Shown here piece by piece: positions 30,703 through 40,669 of a stretch of 64,000 nucleotides of DNA (positions are counted from its first letter, which is position 1; every line of letters begins with the position of its first letter). The DNA is from Flavobacteriaceae bacterium CG_4_10_14_3_um_filter_33_47. GTDB lineage: Bacteria > Bacteroidota > Bacteroidia > Flavobacteriales > Flavobacteriaceae. The translations under genes were made by a program, and so were the position numbers. The stretch lies in contig PFKE01000065.1 of the NCBI GenBank assembly GCA_002784145.1, forward strand, positions 2,935-66,934, in the 5' to 3' direction. The notes under the pieces were generated by a model, which worked only from the letters and a program-made list of their open reading frames with translations, was not told the DNA's origin and made no database searches.

Positions 30703-32427
30703 TTATAAATTTTGTTTTTTTAATTCTTCAATAATAAAATCTGAGGTTCTCCATGCTAAGGCTAAAATAGTCCAAGTGGGGTTTTTATCGGCTTGCGAAA
30801 CAAAGGGTCCGGCATCTACCACAAACACATTGTCAACATCGTGCAAGCGTTCAAATTCATTCACCACCGATGTTTTTGGGTCGCTTCCCATTCGGGTTGT
30901 TCCTACTTCGTGGATAATTCTTCCAGGATTTAATAAACCGTAATCTTTATCTTTTCCAGGAGCATCTCCTAACACAATACCGCCCATATTATGACCAATT
31001 TCTTCAAAAGTCTGATGCATGTGTTTGGCTTGTTTGCGTTCAAAATCTGACCATGAATAATTAAAGCGTAGTACAGGAATTCCAAATTCATCCACCGTAG
31101 TTGGGTCAATTTCACAATAGTTCTCTTTTCTGGCAATCGATTCGCCTCTGCCAGACATTCCTAACACAGAGCCATAGAATTTTTTAACATCTTCTCTAAG
31201 TCCGTTACCATAACCACCAACGGTTAATCCTAAATGTTTATTTAAATCGTTGGGGTTAAATCCTGTGCCATAACCGGGCATTCCCAAACCGCCCCAAACT
31301 TCAATGTGATAACCTCTCGGAAAATCTAACTTTTTATTATCGAGCCACCAAGGCGAATAGACGTGCAAACCACCAACACCATCTTCATTATAGCGTTTTC
31401 TATTCATAAGTTCTGGAACAAAAATGGCACGGTCTGTTCCTGTGGAATCGTGTAAATATTTACCAATTAATCCACTGCTATTACCCAATCCGTTTGGGTG
31501 TTTTTCGCTTTTAGAGTTAAGCAATATTCTGGCAGAGCTACAAGCTGATGCCGCTAATACCACAATTTTACTTTTGAGAGTATATTGTTGACGGTCTTCT
31601 TTGTTAATATATTTAACCCCATTGGCTTTTCCATGCTCATCAATGGTAACTTCGCTTACCATGCTATTCACAAATAAATCAACTTGGCCGCCATTTTTTT
31701 GAGCAGGAAAAATTAAACAGGAACCAGAAGAAAAATCGGCATATACGGAACAGCTTCTATTGCATTGCCCACAGAAAAAACAGACACCACGGTCATTATT
31801 GATCCGTTTTGTTAGAATGGATAATCTTGATGGAATAACATCTACATTAGATTTTTTGGCGCCTTTGATATAATACAATTCATGAAGGCGTGGTTTTGGT
31901 GCTGGTAAAAAGAAGCCATCTGGGTCATTGTAACGTTTTTCATTGCTTCCAAAAACGCCAATGAGTTTATCAACCTTGTCATAGTAAGGTTTCACGTCTT
32001 CATAGCCGATAGGCCAATTATCTCCCAATCCATCGCGGTCTTTTGCTTTAAAATCATTCGGTCCAAAACGCAGTGAAATACGTCCCCAATGATTGGTTCT
32101 GCCACCTAACATTCTGGAGCGAAACCAGTCAAATTTGGTGTCGCCAATATTGTTATAAGGTTCTCCTTCTATATTCCAACCACCATATGCTGCATCAAAT
32201 TCACCAAAGTCTCGTTGTGTTCCAGCGCCTCGTCTAGGTGATTCATAGGGCCATTTCAATTGTGTTCGCTGTTCAGGATTTGCAGGATCAAAAAAAGGGC
32301 CTGCTTCCATAACGGCTACTTTTAGGCCTGCATCGGCTAAAACCTTTGTGGCCATTCCGCCACCAGCTCCAGAGCCAACAATGATAACATCATAAATTTT
32401 TTGTGATTCAATGATTTGCATGGTCAA
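30703..32427 (-). CDS. GMC family FAD oxidoreductase (glucoside 3-dehydrogenase-like)
   Basis: GSGAGGG, RSRMLGGRTNHWG, Cys cluster CFFCGQCNRSC, HEVGTTRMG, KNPTWT. Confidence 0.9.
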   Translation of the reverse strand: MTMQIIESQKIYDVIIVGSGAGGGMATKVLADAGLKVAVMEAGPFFDPANPEQRTQLKWPYESPRRGAGTQRDFGEFDAAYGGWNIEGEPYNNIGDTKFDWFRSRMLGGRTNHWGRISLRFGPNDFKAKDRDGLGDNWPIGYEDVKPYYDKVDKLIGVFGSNEKRYNDPDGFFLPAPKPRLHELYYIKGAKKSNVDVIPSRLSILTKRINNDRGVCFFCGQCNRSCSVYADFSSGSCLIFPAQKNGGQVDLFVNSMVSEVTIDEHGKANGVKYINKEDRQQYTLKSKIVVLAASACSSARILLNSKSEKHPNGLGNSSGLIGKYLHDSTGTDRAIFVPELMNRKRYNEDGVGGLHVYSPWWLDNKKLDFPRGYHIEVWGGLGMPGYGTGFNPNDLNKHLGLTVGGYGNGLREDVKKFYGSVLGMSGRGESIARKENYCEIDPTTVDEFGIPVLRFNYSWSDFERKQAKHMHQTFEEIGHNMGGIVLGDAPGKDKDYGLLNPGRIIHEVGTTRMGSDPKTSVVNEFERLHDVDNVFVVDAGPFVSQADKNPTWTILALAWRTSDFIIEELKKQNL

Positions 32428-32485
32428 TGTTTTTATTGGTAAAATTTAATAAATATAATTTTAATAGAATAGAAAGCATAAAATT

Positions 32486-33658
32486 TTATTGGTTTGAAAC
32501 CGCTACAGCTATTTTGGAATCTGCGGTTCCATAATACAGAAACCACTGATTATTGAAGTGAACTAAGCCTTCAACAAAACAGACTTCATTAACTTCGCCA
32601 ACCTTTTCATAGTCTTTGTCTGGATGGATAAAGAAACTTTCGGTTCTATCAATCAACTTAAAAGGGTTTTTATTATCAAACAAGGCTTGCCCAGCGGCAT
32701 AAGTAAATTTGGGTAAACTAGAATCATTGTAATTGGCCGCATTACTACCATTATAAATTAGTAAAATCCCTTCATCTTTATATAAGGCATAAGGTCCAGG
32801 TTCTACCAAACGACTGTCGTAATAACCCATTCTAGGATGTAAAACAGATATTGGTTTTCCAGATTCTTCATTTTCTGCAATGTTCCAATGGATTAAATCG
32901 TTTGACGTTGCCATATATAAATTGGTATCTCCAAAATACATCCAATATTGGCCATTAATTTGTTTAGCAATAACTTTATTTCCTTTTAATTCACTAACTA
33001 TAGCGCCAGATTTAGACCACATATCAATATATTTTTCATCGTTAAAAACCAAGCCATGTTTGGTCCAAGTTTTTAAATCTTTTGAGGATGCTACGCTTAA
33101 TCGGGCTGTTTTACCATCATAAGCGGTGTAAGTCATAATATAGTCGCCAGTGTCACTTTCAACAATTCTTGGGTCTTCAACACCATCAAAATAGCAGAAA
33201 TAACAAGATTCTGAATTTTTCTGTTCTTTGCCATCTTTTTTATAATTCCATTCATAAGGTTTCATGGCATCATTGTCTGGAAATAAAACGGGCGATACCA
33301 TTTTTGTAAAATGCAAGCCATCATCACTAATGGCCATTCCTATGCGAGACGTGCCATTTAAATCTTGTGCTCTATACATCAAATAAACTTTGTTATCTTT
33401 AACAACAGCAGTTGGATTTAAGACATTGCGTTCTTCCCATTTAACAGATGTTTGAGTAATAGGATCAGTAAATTCTAAATTGGTTGAAGGATTTAATATA
33501 GGATTAATACTATCTACTTTTACAAATTCTGTAAACATCCAATCCGATTGGTTATCAATAGAATCTGATGTTTTAGTTGTATTTTGCTTACAGGAAAAAA
33601 GCAATGCAAGGGTTATTAAAACAAGAAGCTTTGAAGAATTTGTTGATTTTTTATACAT
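32486..33658 (-). CDS. glycoside hydrolase family 130-like lipoprotein
   Basis: Lipobox LFSC; NPTAV, GVEDPRI, YTAYDG, KSGAI, EPGP, CFVEGL, YYGTADS beta-propeller motifs. Confidence 0.85.
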   Translation of the reverse strand: MYKKSTNSSKLLVLITLALLFSCKQNTTKTSDSIDNQSDWMFTEFVKVDSINPILNPSTNLEFTDPITQTSVKWEERNVLNPTAVVKDNKVYLMYRAQDLNGTSRIGMAISDDGLHFTKMVSPVLFPDNDAMKPYEWNYKKDGKEQKNSESCYFCYFDGVEDPRIVESDTGDYIMTYTAYDGKTARLSVASSKDLKTWTKHGLVFNDEKYIDMWSKSGAIVSELKGNKVIAKQINGQYWMYFGDTNLYMATSNDLIHWNIAENEESGKPISVLHPRMGYYDSRLVEPGPYALYKDEGILLIYNGSNAANYNDSSLPKFTYAAGQALFDNKNPFKLIDRTESFFIHPDKDYEKVGEVNEVCFVEGLVHFNNQWFLYYGTADSKIAVAVSNQ

Positions 33659-33856
33659 AGTTTTTAGTTTGTTGTTTAGTATGTAAGTTCGTTTATTTTT
33701 TTTGATATTGCAAGAGCTCAGAAATTTGGCTTATAAAGGTTTTTTGTAATCAAGTTATAGCTGTAATATTAAATGGAATTTATAAATTTTGAATAGATTG
33801 TGTTACATTTACATCTTAGATTTTAATGATCATTATATTTTAAATATTTTCTTAAG

Positions 33857-35827
33857 TTGATATCACCTGCAAGCATAGATTTAGTCTTTGAAACCGCTCG
33901 AGTTGAAGAGGTTATTGGTGATTTTGTTCAATTAAAAAAGGCAGGTTCAAATTATAAAGGGTTGAGTCCGTTTAGTGATGAGCGCTCGCCAAGTTTTATG
34001 GTATCGCCCGTTAAGCAAATTTGGAAAGATTTTAGTAGCGGAAAAGGAGGAAATGCAGTAGCATTTTTAATGGAACATGAGCATTTTACCTATCCTGAAG
34101 CCATCAAATATTTGGCTAAAAAGTACAATATAGAAATTGAGGAAACTGAACAATCAAATGAGCAGAAAGAACAACAAGATGAGCGTGAAAGTTTGTATTT
34201 GGTCAGTGAATTTGCTAGTAAGTATTTTCAAAATATACTGCACAAAACAGACCAAGGAAAATCTATAGGACTTGGGTATTTTAAAGAACGTGGTTTTACA
34301 GAGGAAACCATTAAAAATTTTGATTTAGGATATTCTCTTGAAGAGTGGCAAGCCTTTACAGATGAAGCCTTAAAACAAGGATACAAGATAGAATTTTTAG
34401 AAAAAACGGGGTTGACCATTGTAAAAGGCGATAAGCGATTTGATAGGTTTAAAGGGCGTGTTATGTTCCCTATAAAAAGCATGAGTGGTCGTGTATTAGG
34501 TTTTGGTGGACGTATTTTAGTAACCGATAAAAAGGCAGCTAAATATGTAAACTCACCAGAAAGCATCATCTATCATAAAAGTAATGTGCTTTATGGTATT
34601 TATCATGCCAAACAAAGTATAGCCAAAGAGGATAATTGTTTTTTAGTTGAGGGGTATACGGATGTGATTCAATTTCATCAAACAGGTATAAAAAATGTAG
34701 TGTCATCTTCTGGAACGGCATTGACCTCAGAGCAAATAAGATTAATTAATCGTCTTACAAAAAACATTACCGTATTGTTTGATGGCGATGCTGCTGGATT
34801 GCGCGCCTCGTTAAGAGGTATCGACCTGATTTTGGAGCAAGGTATGAACGTAAAAGTATGTACATTTCCAGAAGGCGAAGACCCAGATAGCTTTGCAAAA
34901 CAAAATACGCTTGAAGAATTATCGGTTTATTTAGTTGAAAATGCTAAAGATTTTATTGAATTTAAGACTTCTTTATTATTAGATGAAACAAAAAATGACC
35001 CAATTAAAAAAGCAGAAGCTATATCTGATATGATTGCAACTATAGCTATTATTCCTGATGAATTAAAGCAACAGGTTTATGCTAGAAGAATCGCCCAAAT
35101 GATGGACATCGAGGAGAATAGAATGTATGATTCTATACAACGATTTAGAAATCGACGTTTAAATGATTTAAATAAAAGAGTAGAGAAAGATGAGTTTAAG
35201 GATACAAAATTATTTGAAGTAATAAGGAATGATTTTGATGATAGAAAAGTTGATGTTCAATATGTGTTAGAAAGAAAAATCATTGAAGTGTTATTGCTAT
35301 ATGGAAATAAAACGGAAGATTTTGAAGATTTGGTGTTAAAAGAAAATGAACAAGGACAATTGGTTTTAGAACCCGTAATTAATACAGCAAAGGTTTTTGA
35401 AAAGGTTTTTTTAGACTTGCAGGATGATGAAATGGAATTTTCAAATCCGCATTTTAAAACTTTGTATTACACTATTATTGATACTCTTAATCAAAATCCA
35501 GATTTTCAACTCAAGAATTTTATTAATACTGTGGATACAGATATCGCTAATGAAATCACGACTATTTTAATGGAAGATGAGCGTTACTCACTGGATGATT
35601 GGGAACGGATGCATATTTTTCCAAAAGGGAAATCTAGCAGTATAGCTCAATTGGTAAGCGAAACTATTTTGAGTTTAAGGTGTTTTTTAATAGATCAAAA
35701 AGTTAAAGAATTTCAACAAAAAACAATACAAAATAAAGCCGAAGTAAATAAAAACATTCTTGAAGAAGTAAAAGATTACTCCGGCTTAAAGATGTTGTTG
35801 TCAAGAAAACTTAACAGAGCATTATAA
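33857..35827 (+). CDS. dnaG: DNA primase
   Basis: CHC2-like zinc domain (GLSPFSDERSPSF), FGGR, KYVNSPE, TOPRIM EGYTD and DGDAAG, DPD. TTG start. Confidence 0.97.
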   Translation: MISPASIDLVFETARVEEVIGDFVQLKKAGSNYKGLSPFSDERSPSFMVSPVKQIWKDFSSGKGGNAVAFLMEHEHFTYPEAIKYLAKKYNIEIEETEQSNEQKEQQDERESLYLVSEFASKYFQNILHKTDQGKSIGLGYFKERGFTEETIKNFDLGYSLEEWQAFTDEALKQGYKIEFLEKTGLTIVKGDKRFDRFKGRVMFPIKSMSGRVLGFGGRILVTDKKAAKYVNSPESIIYHKSNVLYGIYHAKQSIAKEDNCFLVEGYTDVIQFHQTGIKNVVSSSGTALTSEQIRLINRLTKNITVLFDGDAAGLRASLRGIDLILEQGMNVKVCTFPEGEDPDSFAKQNTLEELSVYLVENAKDFIEFKTSLLLDETKNDPIKKAEAISDMIATIAIIPDELKQQVYARRIAQMMDIEENRMYDSIQRFRNRRLNDLNKRVEKDEFKDTKLFEVIRNDFDDRKVDVQYVLERKIIEVLLLYGNKTEDFEDLVLKENEQGQLVLEPVINTAKVFEKVFLDLQDDEMEFSNPHFKTLYYTIIDTLNQNPDFQLKNFINTVDTDIANEITTILMEDERYSLDDWERMHIFPKGKSSSIAQLVSETILSLRCFLIDQKVKEFQQKTIQNKAEVNKNILEEVKDYSGLKMLLSRKLNRAL

Positions 35828-36448
35828 TTCGGCCAGTTTAGCTTGGTTAACTAAATCAACAATATTATTTACTTTTAATTTTCTCATTAATCTAGCCTTA
35901 TAAGTGCTTATGGTTTTTTCATTGACATTTAACTCTTGAGCCACTTCTTTGTTTTTTTTACCTACACATAAAAGTTTAAGAACTTCAGTTTCTCTGGTTG
36001 AAAGTTTTTTGTAATAGGTACCTGTTTTGTTAACACGTTTACCAAGTTTTAATTGTTGGTTTATGTCATCACTTAAGTAAATTCCACCATCGTGTACTTT
36101 TAAAATGGCTTCGTTGATGGTTATGATGTTTACTGACTTAGAAATATAACCAGATGCGCCTGCTTTTATGGAGTTAATGGCATAAACTTCTTCTGGTTGA
36201 CCACTAAAAATAATGGTTTTTGTGTCTGGAAAATCATTTTTTAAAGTTCTCAAAACAGTTAAACCATTTACTTTAGGTAAATCAATTTCAGTTAAAATAA
36301 TATCAACTGGAACTTTTTTTATAAAGTCAATAATGGCTTCGCCGTTATCAACACTACCCACAATTTGGATGTTTGATGAAGCAGAAAAAAGGAGTTCTAA
36401 TCCTTTTCGAATAATTGGATGATGATCCGCTATTAATAATTTAATCAT
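35822..36448 (-). CDS. NarL/LuxR-type response regulator with atypical receiver
   Basis: REC fold plus LSTRETEVL...TISTYKARLMRKL HTH; Glu at the phospho-Asp position (IILTEIDLP). Confidence 0.9.
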   Translation of the reverse strand: MIKLLIADHHPIIRKGLELLFSASSNIQIVGSVDNGEAIIDFIKKVPVDIILTEIDLPKVNGLTVLRTLKNDFPDTKTIIFSGQPEEVYAINSIKAGASGYISKSVNIITINEAILKVHDGGIYLSDDINQQLKLGKRVNKTGTYYKKLSTRETEVLKLLCVGKKNKEVAQELNVNEKTISTYKARLMRKLKVNNIVDLVNQAKLAEL

Positions 36449-36552
36449 ATCTGGTTGATTTTAAGAGTTATGAGAGCACACTTAGGGTATACTGCATGTT
36501 TAAACTGGGTTATTGTAGTAAATATAATAATAATTTGATGATATAACAATTT

Positions 36553-37341
36553 TTATAATAAATCATTAGGAATGTTACAAATAGGTATAGGGTTCATTTT
36601 GTGTTTATTAGCACGGTTGTATCGCCTAAAAATTTTAAAAACGTCTTGTTCTCTACCTGTAAAATCTTCTGGATTTTTGTTTTCGCCATCCATTTGCATC
36701 GCCCATTCCAGTTCAGGATAAGAGGCACCTATTTGATCCTCATCTGTTCTGTCATCTCCCCAAAGTCCATCTGTTGGAGCTGCTTCAATAATCTCTTGAT
36801 GGATGCCTAAATATTCTGCAATGTTATAAACTTGTGTTTTTAATAAATCGGCTATTGGGCTTAAATCAACACCACCATCACCATATTTTGTGTAAAAGCC
36901 AACACCAAAATCTTCAACTTTATTCCCAGTTCCTGCAACCAGATATTTTTCTAAAGCAGCAAAGTAATAAAGGGTAGTCATACGTAATCTGGCTCGTGTG
37001 TTTGCTAACGACATAAAACGTTCTTCTTCATTTTCTACAGCAGGCAGTGCGTCTATCAAACTATCAAAAACAGGAGTTAGATTAACTTGAGTCATATTAA
37101 CTTGATTGAAATGGTTTTTTAACCAATCAATATGATTTAAAGCTCTGCTAACTTGCGAAGGTGCCTGATGAATAGGCATTTCCAAGCATAGAAGCGGTAA
37201 CCCTGTTTTGGCACATAGGGTTGAGGTAACTGCTGAATCAATTCCACCAGAAATACCAATAACAAACCCTTTCATGCCAGCATTTGTAGCATAGTCTTTT
37301 AACCAATTTACTATATAGTCAACTACTTTTTCTGTTTGCAT
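36553..37341 (-). CDS. nadE: NH3-dependent NAD+ synthetase
   Basis: GISGGIDS, NTRARLRM, TKYGDGG, PTDGLW. Confidence 0.96.
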   Translation of the reverse strand: MQTEKVVDYIVNWLKDYATNAGMKGFVIGISGGIDSAVTSTLCAKTGLPLLCLEMPIHQAPSQVSRALNHIDWLKNHFNQVNMTQVNLTPVFDSLIDALPAVENEEERFMSLANTRARLRMTTLYYFAALEKYLVAGTGNKVEDFGVGFYTKYGDGGVDLSPIADLLKTQVYNIAEYLGIHQEIIEAAPTDGLWGDDRTDEDQIGASYPELEWAMQMDGENKNPEDFTGREQDVFKIFRRYNRANKHKMNPIPICNIPNDLL

Positions 37342-37367
37342 ATTAAATGATTTAATTCAAAGAATAG

Positions 37368-37375
37368 TACATTTG
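37368..37375 (+). promoter_or_regulatory. -7 promoter element of gldBC
   Basis: TACATTTG about 55 nt upstream of gldB. Confidence 0.65.
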
Positions 37376-37431
37376 TAAACAAAAATAAGGGAATCACTCA
37401 ATTAATAAAAATTTAGAGCGTTTAAGTTTAA

Positions 37432-38394
37432 ATGAAAAAAAATATATTATTAATAGTTCTGTTGGTGGTTATAGTTTCATGTAAAAATGATGATCAACTA
37501 GAGTCAGACATTGAAAAAATTCCGATAGACGTTAAGATTGAACGGTTTGATGAATTGTTTGGTAAGGCTAATGAGCAAAATTTGCCAACACTTAAACAAA
37601 ACTTTCCGTTTATGTTTTCAAAAAAATATACAGATTCTTTTTGGATTGCCAGAACTAAAGATACGCTTCAAATTAAATTACTTCAAGAGGTATCTAAAGT
37701 TTACCCAGAAATTAATGAGCAGGAAACTGAAATTAAAGCGCTTTTTCAGCATATAAAATATTATTTTCCCGAATTTAAAGAGCCTAGAATCATTACTACA
37801 ACCTCATTTGTTGACTATAGAAATAGAGTTATTGTTACCGATACCATTTCTTTAATTTCATTAGATTGTTATTTGGGTTCTGATCATGAGTTTTACCAAG
37901 GTATTCAAAAATATATTAGAGAAGATTTTAACAAAAAGCATATGGTTGTTGATTTAGCCTTGGAATATGCCAAAAATTATATATTTCAAGAACCCAATAA
38001 AACCCTTCTGGATGAAATGATTTACTTTGGAAAACAATTGTATTTTTTAGATAAGGTAATTCCTTTTAAAACAGAAGCTGAACGAATTGGCTACACACAA
38101 GAACAATTAGATTGGGCTTTGGCTAACGAAAGTTATGTGTGGCGGTATTTTGTAGAAAGAGAACTTTTGTTTAGCACAGATTCAAAATTACCCGGCAGAT
38201 TTATTAATCCGGCACCATTTACTAAATTTTATTTAGAAGAAATAGACAGCGAGTCACCAGGCAGATTAGGTCAATACATAGGTTGGCAAATAGTAAAGGC
38301 TTACATGCAAAATAATGAGGTCTCATTAAAAAAAATGCTAATGACTTCGCCCGAAGAAATTTTTAATCAATCAAAGTTTAAACCAAGAAAATAA
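37432..38394 (+). CDS. gldB: gliding motility lipoprotein GldB
   Basis: Lipobox VSC; PGRLGQYIGWQIV motif; coupled to gldC. Confidence 0.93.
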   Translation: MKKNILLIVLLVVIVSCKNDDQLESDIEKIPIDVKIERFDELFGKANEQNLPTLKQNFPFMFSKKYTDSFWIARTKDTLQIKLLQEVSKVYPEINEQETEIKALFQHIKYYFPEFKEPRIITTTSFVDYRNRVIVTDTISLISLDCYLGSDHEFYQGIQKYIREDFNKKHMVVDLALEYAKNYIFQEPNKTLLDEMIYFGKQLYFLDKVIPFKTEAERIGYTQEQLDWALANESYVWRYFVERELLFSTDSKLPGRFINPAPFTKFYLEEIDSESPGRLGQYIGWQIVKAYMQNNEVSLKKMLMTSPEEIFNQSKFKPRK

Positions 38395-38729
38395 TGGCAT
38401 CAAAAATTACATCTAAAATTGAGTTGAGTGTTGAGCTTGATGAGAATCGAATTCCAGAAAAATTGTATTGGACAGCCAACGATGGTGGCATAAGCAATGA
38501 AGAGGCTAAAGCTATGATGTTATCGGTTTGGGATTCTAAAACTTTAGAAACCTTACGTATAGATTTATGGACGAAAGATATGCCCGTAGATGAAATGAAA
38601 GTATTTTTTCATCAAACCTTGGTAGCCATGAGTGACACCTTTAATAAAGCTACTCAAGATGAAAAAATGACAGCTACCATGAAAGATTTTTGTGATTATT
38701 TTGCTGAAAAATTAGAGTTGAAAAAATAA
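38394..38729 (+). CDS. gldC: gliding motility protein GldC
   Basis: VELDENRIPEKL.W.A.DGG, LRIDLWTKDMPVDEMK.FFHQ. Confidence 0.95.
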   Translation: MASKITSKIELSVELDENRIPEKLYWTANDGGISNEEAKAMMLSVWDSKTLETLRIDLWTKDMPVDEMKVFFHQTLVAMSDTFNKATQDEKMTATMKDFCDYFAEKLELKK

Positions 38730-38730
38730 A

Positions 38731-39375
38731 TTAATCACTTTTATTGGCATCATTTATTTCTTTATTAAGATGGTCTAAGTATAAAATGCCATTCAAATGG
38801 TCAATTTCATGCTGGAAAATAACCGATGTAAATCCTTCAACAGTTTCAGTATTATCTTCACCATTTACAGTGTCATAAACAATAACAATAGAATAAGACC
38901 TATTATTTAATGTTTCGCTTCTGTTAGGGATTGATAAACAACCTTCTTTATAGGTCTGTTTTTTTTCTGAATAACCAATAATCATTGGATTTAAATAAAC
39001 TTCAAACGGGAAATTTTCTTTGTCAAAGCGTTGAACCCAGACAATATTTTTTAAAACGCCTACCTGTGGCGCTGCAATACCTGCCCCAAGAGACATACTG
39101 TCAGTAACGGTTCTATACAGACGTTTAATAAGACGTATAAGAACTTTATTATTCGGGTCTGGTTTTATATAGCTGCTTTTTGATCGAAGTAAAAGTGAAT
39201 CCCTTTGGTTGGTTATTTTATAAACCCGCATGGGTGATAAGGTGTCTGATGATAAAATCATTTTAACTTCAGACTCGGAAAATGACCCTATATTATTTTT
39301 TAATGGAGTTTTAGTCCCAGAACAGCTAAAAAAGAGAGCCATTACAATAAGAAAACCTAAAATAGTTGTTTTCAT
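38731..39375 (-). CDS. def: peptide deformylase with N-terminal lipoprotein signal
   Basis: GAGIAAPQVG, EGCLSIP and QHEIDHLNG are all intact; MKTTILGFLIVMALFFSC from ATG 39375. Confidence 0.9.
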   Translation of the reverse strand: MKTTILGFLIVMALFFSCSGTKTPLKNNIGSFSESEVKMILSSDTLSPMRVYKITNQRDSLLLRSKSSYIKPDPNNKVLIRLIKRLYRTVTDSMSLGAGIAAPQVGVLKNIVWVQRFDKENFPFEVYLNPMIIGYSEKKQTYKEGCLSIPNRSETLNNRSYSIVIVYDTVNGEDNTETVEGFTSVIFQHEIDHLNGILYLDHLNKEINDANKSD

Positions 39376-39391
39376 AGTTATAACATTAAGG

Positions 39392-40669
39392 TTACCATTC
39401 ATTAATTCTGTTAGAATCTAATTTAATAAAAATAAACAGCAAAATAGTAAAACTCCACAAGCCAGAACCACCATAACTAAATAGAGGCAACGGAATACCA
39501 ATGGTAGGAATTAACCCCATGACCATGCCTATATTAATCATAAAATGCATGAAAATAATACTTGCAACGCCATATCCATACATTCGGCTAAACTGAGATT
39601 TTTGCAATTCGGCTAAGTGCAAAATACGTATTAATAACAATACAAAAAGGATGACAACCATGGCACTGCCAACAAAACCCCATTCTTCTCCAACGGTACT
39701 AAAAATATAATCGGTGTGTTGTTCTGGTACAAATTTGCCTGTAGTACGAGTACCTTCTAAAAACCCTTTTCCTGTGAGTCCGCCAGAACTTATGGCCTTT
39801 TCTGACTCGTTAAGGTTATAGGCAAATGTTTTCTTCATGTTTTCAAGCTTCAACGGATCTTTTTCTAATCGTAACCATAGGCTTATGCGGTCTTGTTGGT
39901 GGGGTTGTAAAATATTTTGATAGAAAAATTTAACACCTGAAGACAGCATTACACAACCAACTAAAATAAGAATGGGTTTAATAAACGATGGCTTTTTTTT
40001 AGTAAAAAAATAGTTTGTAACTATTAAAATACCAGCGGCAATTGAAGTAAAAATAGCTCCAAACTTTAATGAAAATACAGCGAGCAACGTCATGGCAATA
40101 CCAATCATTAAATATATTTTAGGCAACCCTTCTCGGTATAAAACAAAAAAGAAAGCTGCGTAAACAATGGTGCTTCCGGTGTCGTTTTGAAGGAGCACTA
40201 AAATGGCAGGAATGGCTATAAGAATAAAGCATTGTATTTGATCTTTAATCTTATGGATGTCTGTATTTAAATCACTTACATATTTGGCAACAGCTAGTAC
40301 GGTAGCTATTTTAGCAAATTCGCTTGGCTGAATGGTCATGCCTCCAAAGGCATACCATGATGTGGCACCATTGACGTTTTTACCAAATATAAATAAACCA
40401 ACCAGTGATAGCATGGAAATTAAGTATATAATACTTGAAAAGCGTTCGTAAAATTTTGCTTCTATAGATAAAATAATAACAATTAAACCAAGGGTTAGGA
40501 AAATAAATATTAATTGTTTTCCATAAGGCTCGGCAGCATTGAAATAATCGATGGTTTCTCCTGTATGTGAAGCCGATAAAATGTTTAACCAACCAAAAAC
40601 TACTAACAAAAGAAAAATAATGATGGTTATCCAATCAAATTTAAAATATCTATGAGTCTCTCTGTGCAT
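39392..40669 (-). CDS. rodA: rod shape-determining SEDS protein RodA
   Basis: IQPSEFAK, PEQHTDYIF, LPLFSYGGS. Confidence 0.95.
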   Translation of the reverse strand: MHRETHRYFKFDWITIIIFLLLVVFGWLNILSASHTGETIDYFNAAEPYGKQLIFIFLTLGLIVIILSIEAKFYERFSSIIYLISMLSLVGLFIFGKNVNGATSWYAFGGMTIQPSEFAKIATVLAVAKYVSDLNTDIHKIKDQIQCFILIAIPAILVLLQNDTGSTIVYAAFFFVLYREGLPKIYLMIGIAMTLLAVFSLKFGAIFTSIAAGILIVTNYFFTKKKPSFIKPILILVGCVMLSSGVKFFYQNILQPHQQDRISLWLRLEKDPLKLENMKKTFAYNLNESEKAISSGGLTGKGFLEGTRTTGKFVPEQHTDYIFSTVGEEWGFVGSAMVVILFVLLLIRILHLAELQKSQFSRMYGYGVASIIFMHFMINIGMVMGLIPTIGIPLPLFSYGGSGLWSFTILLFIFIKLDSNRINEW

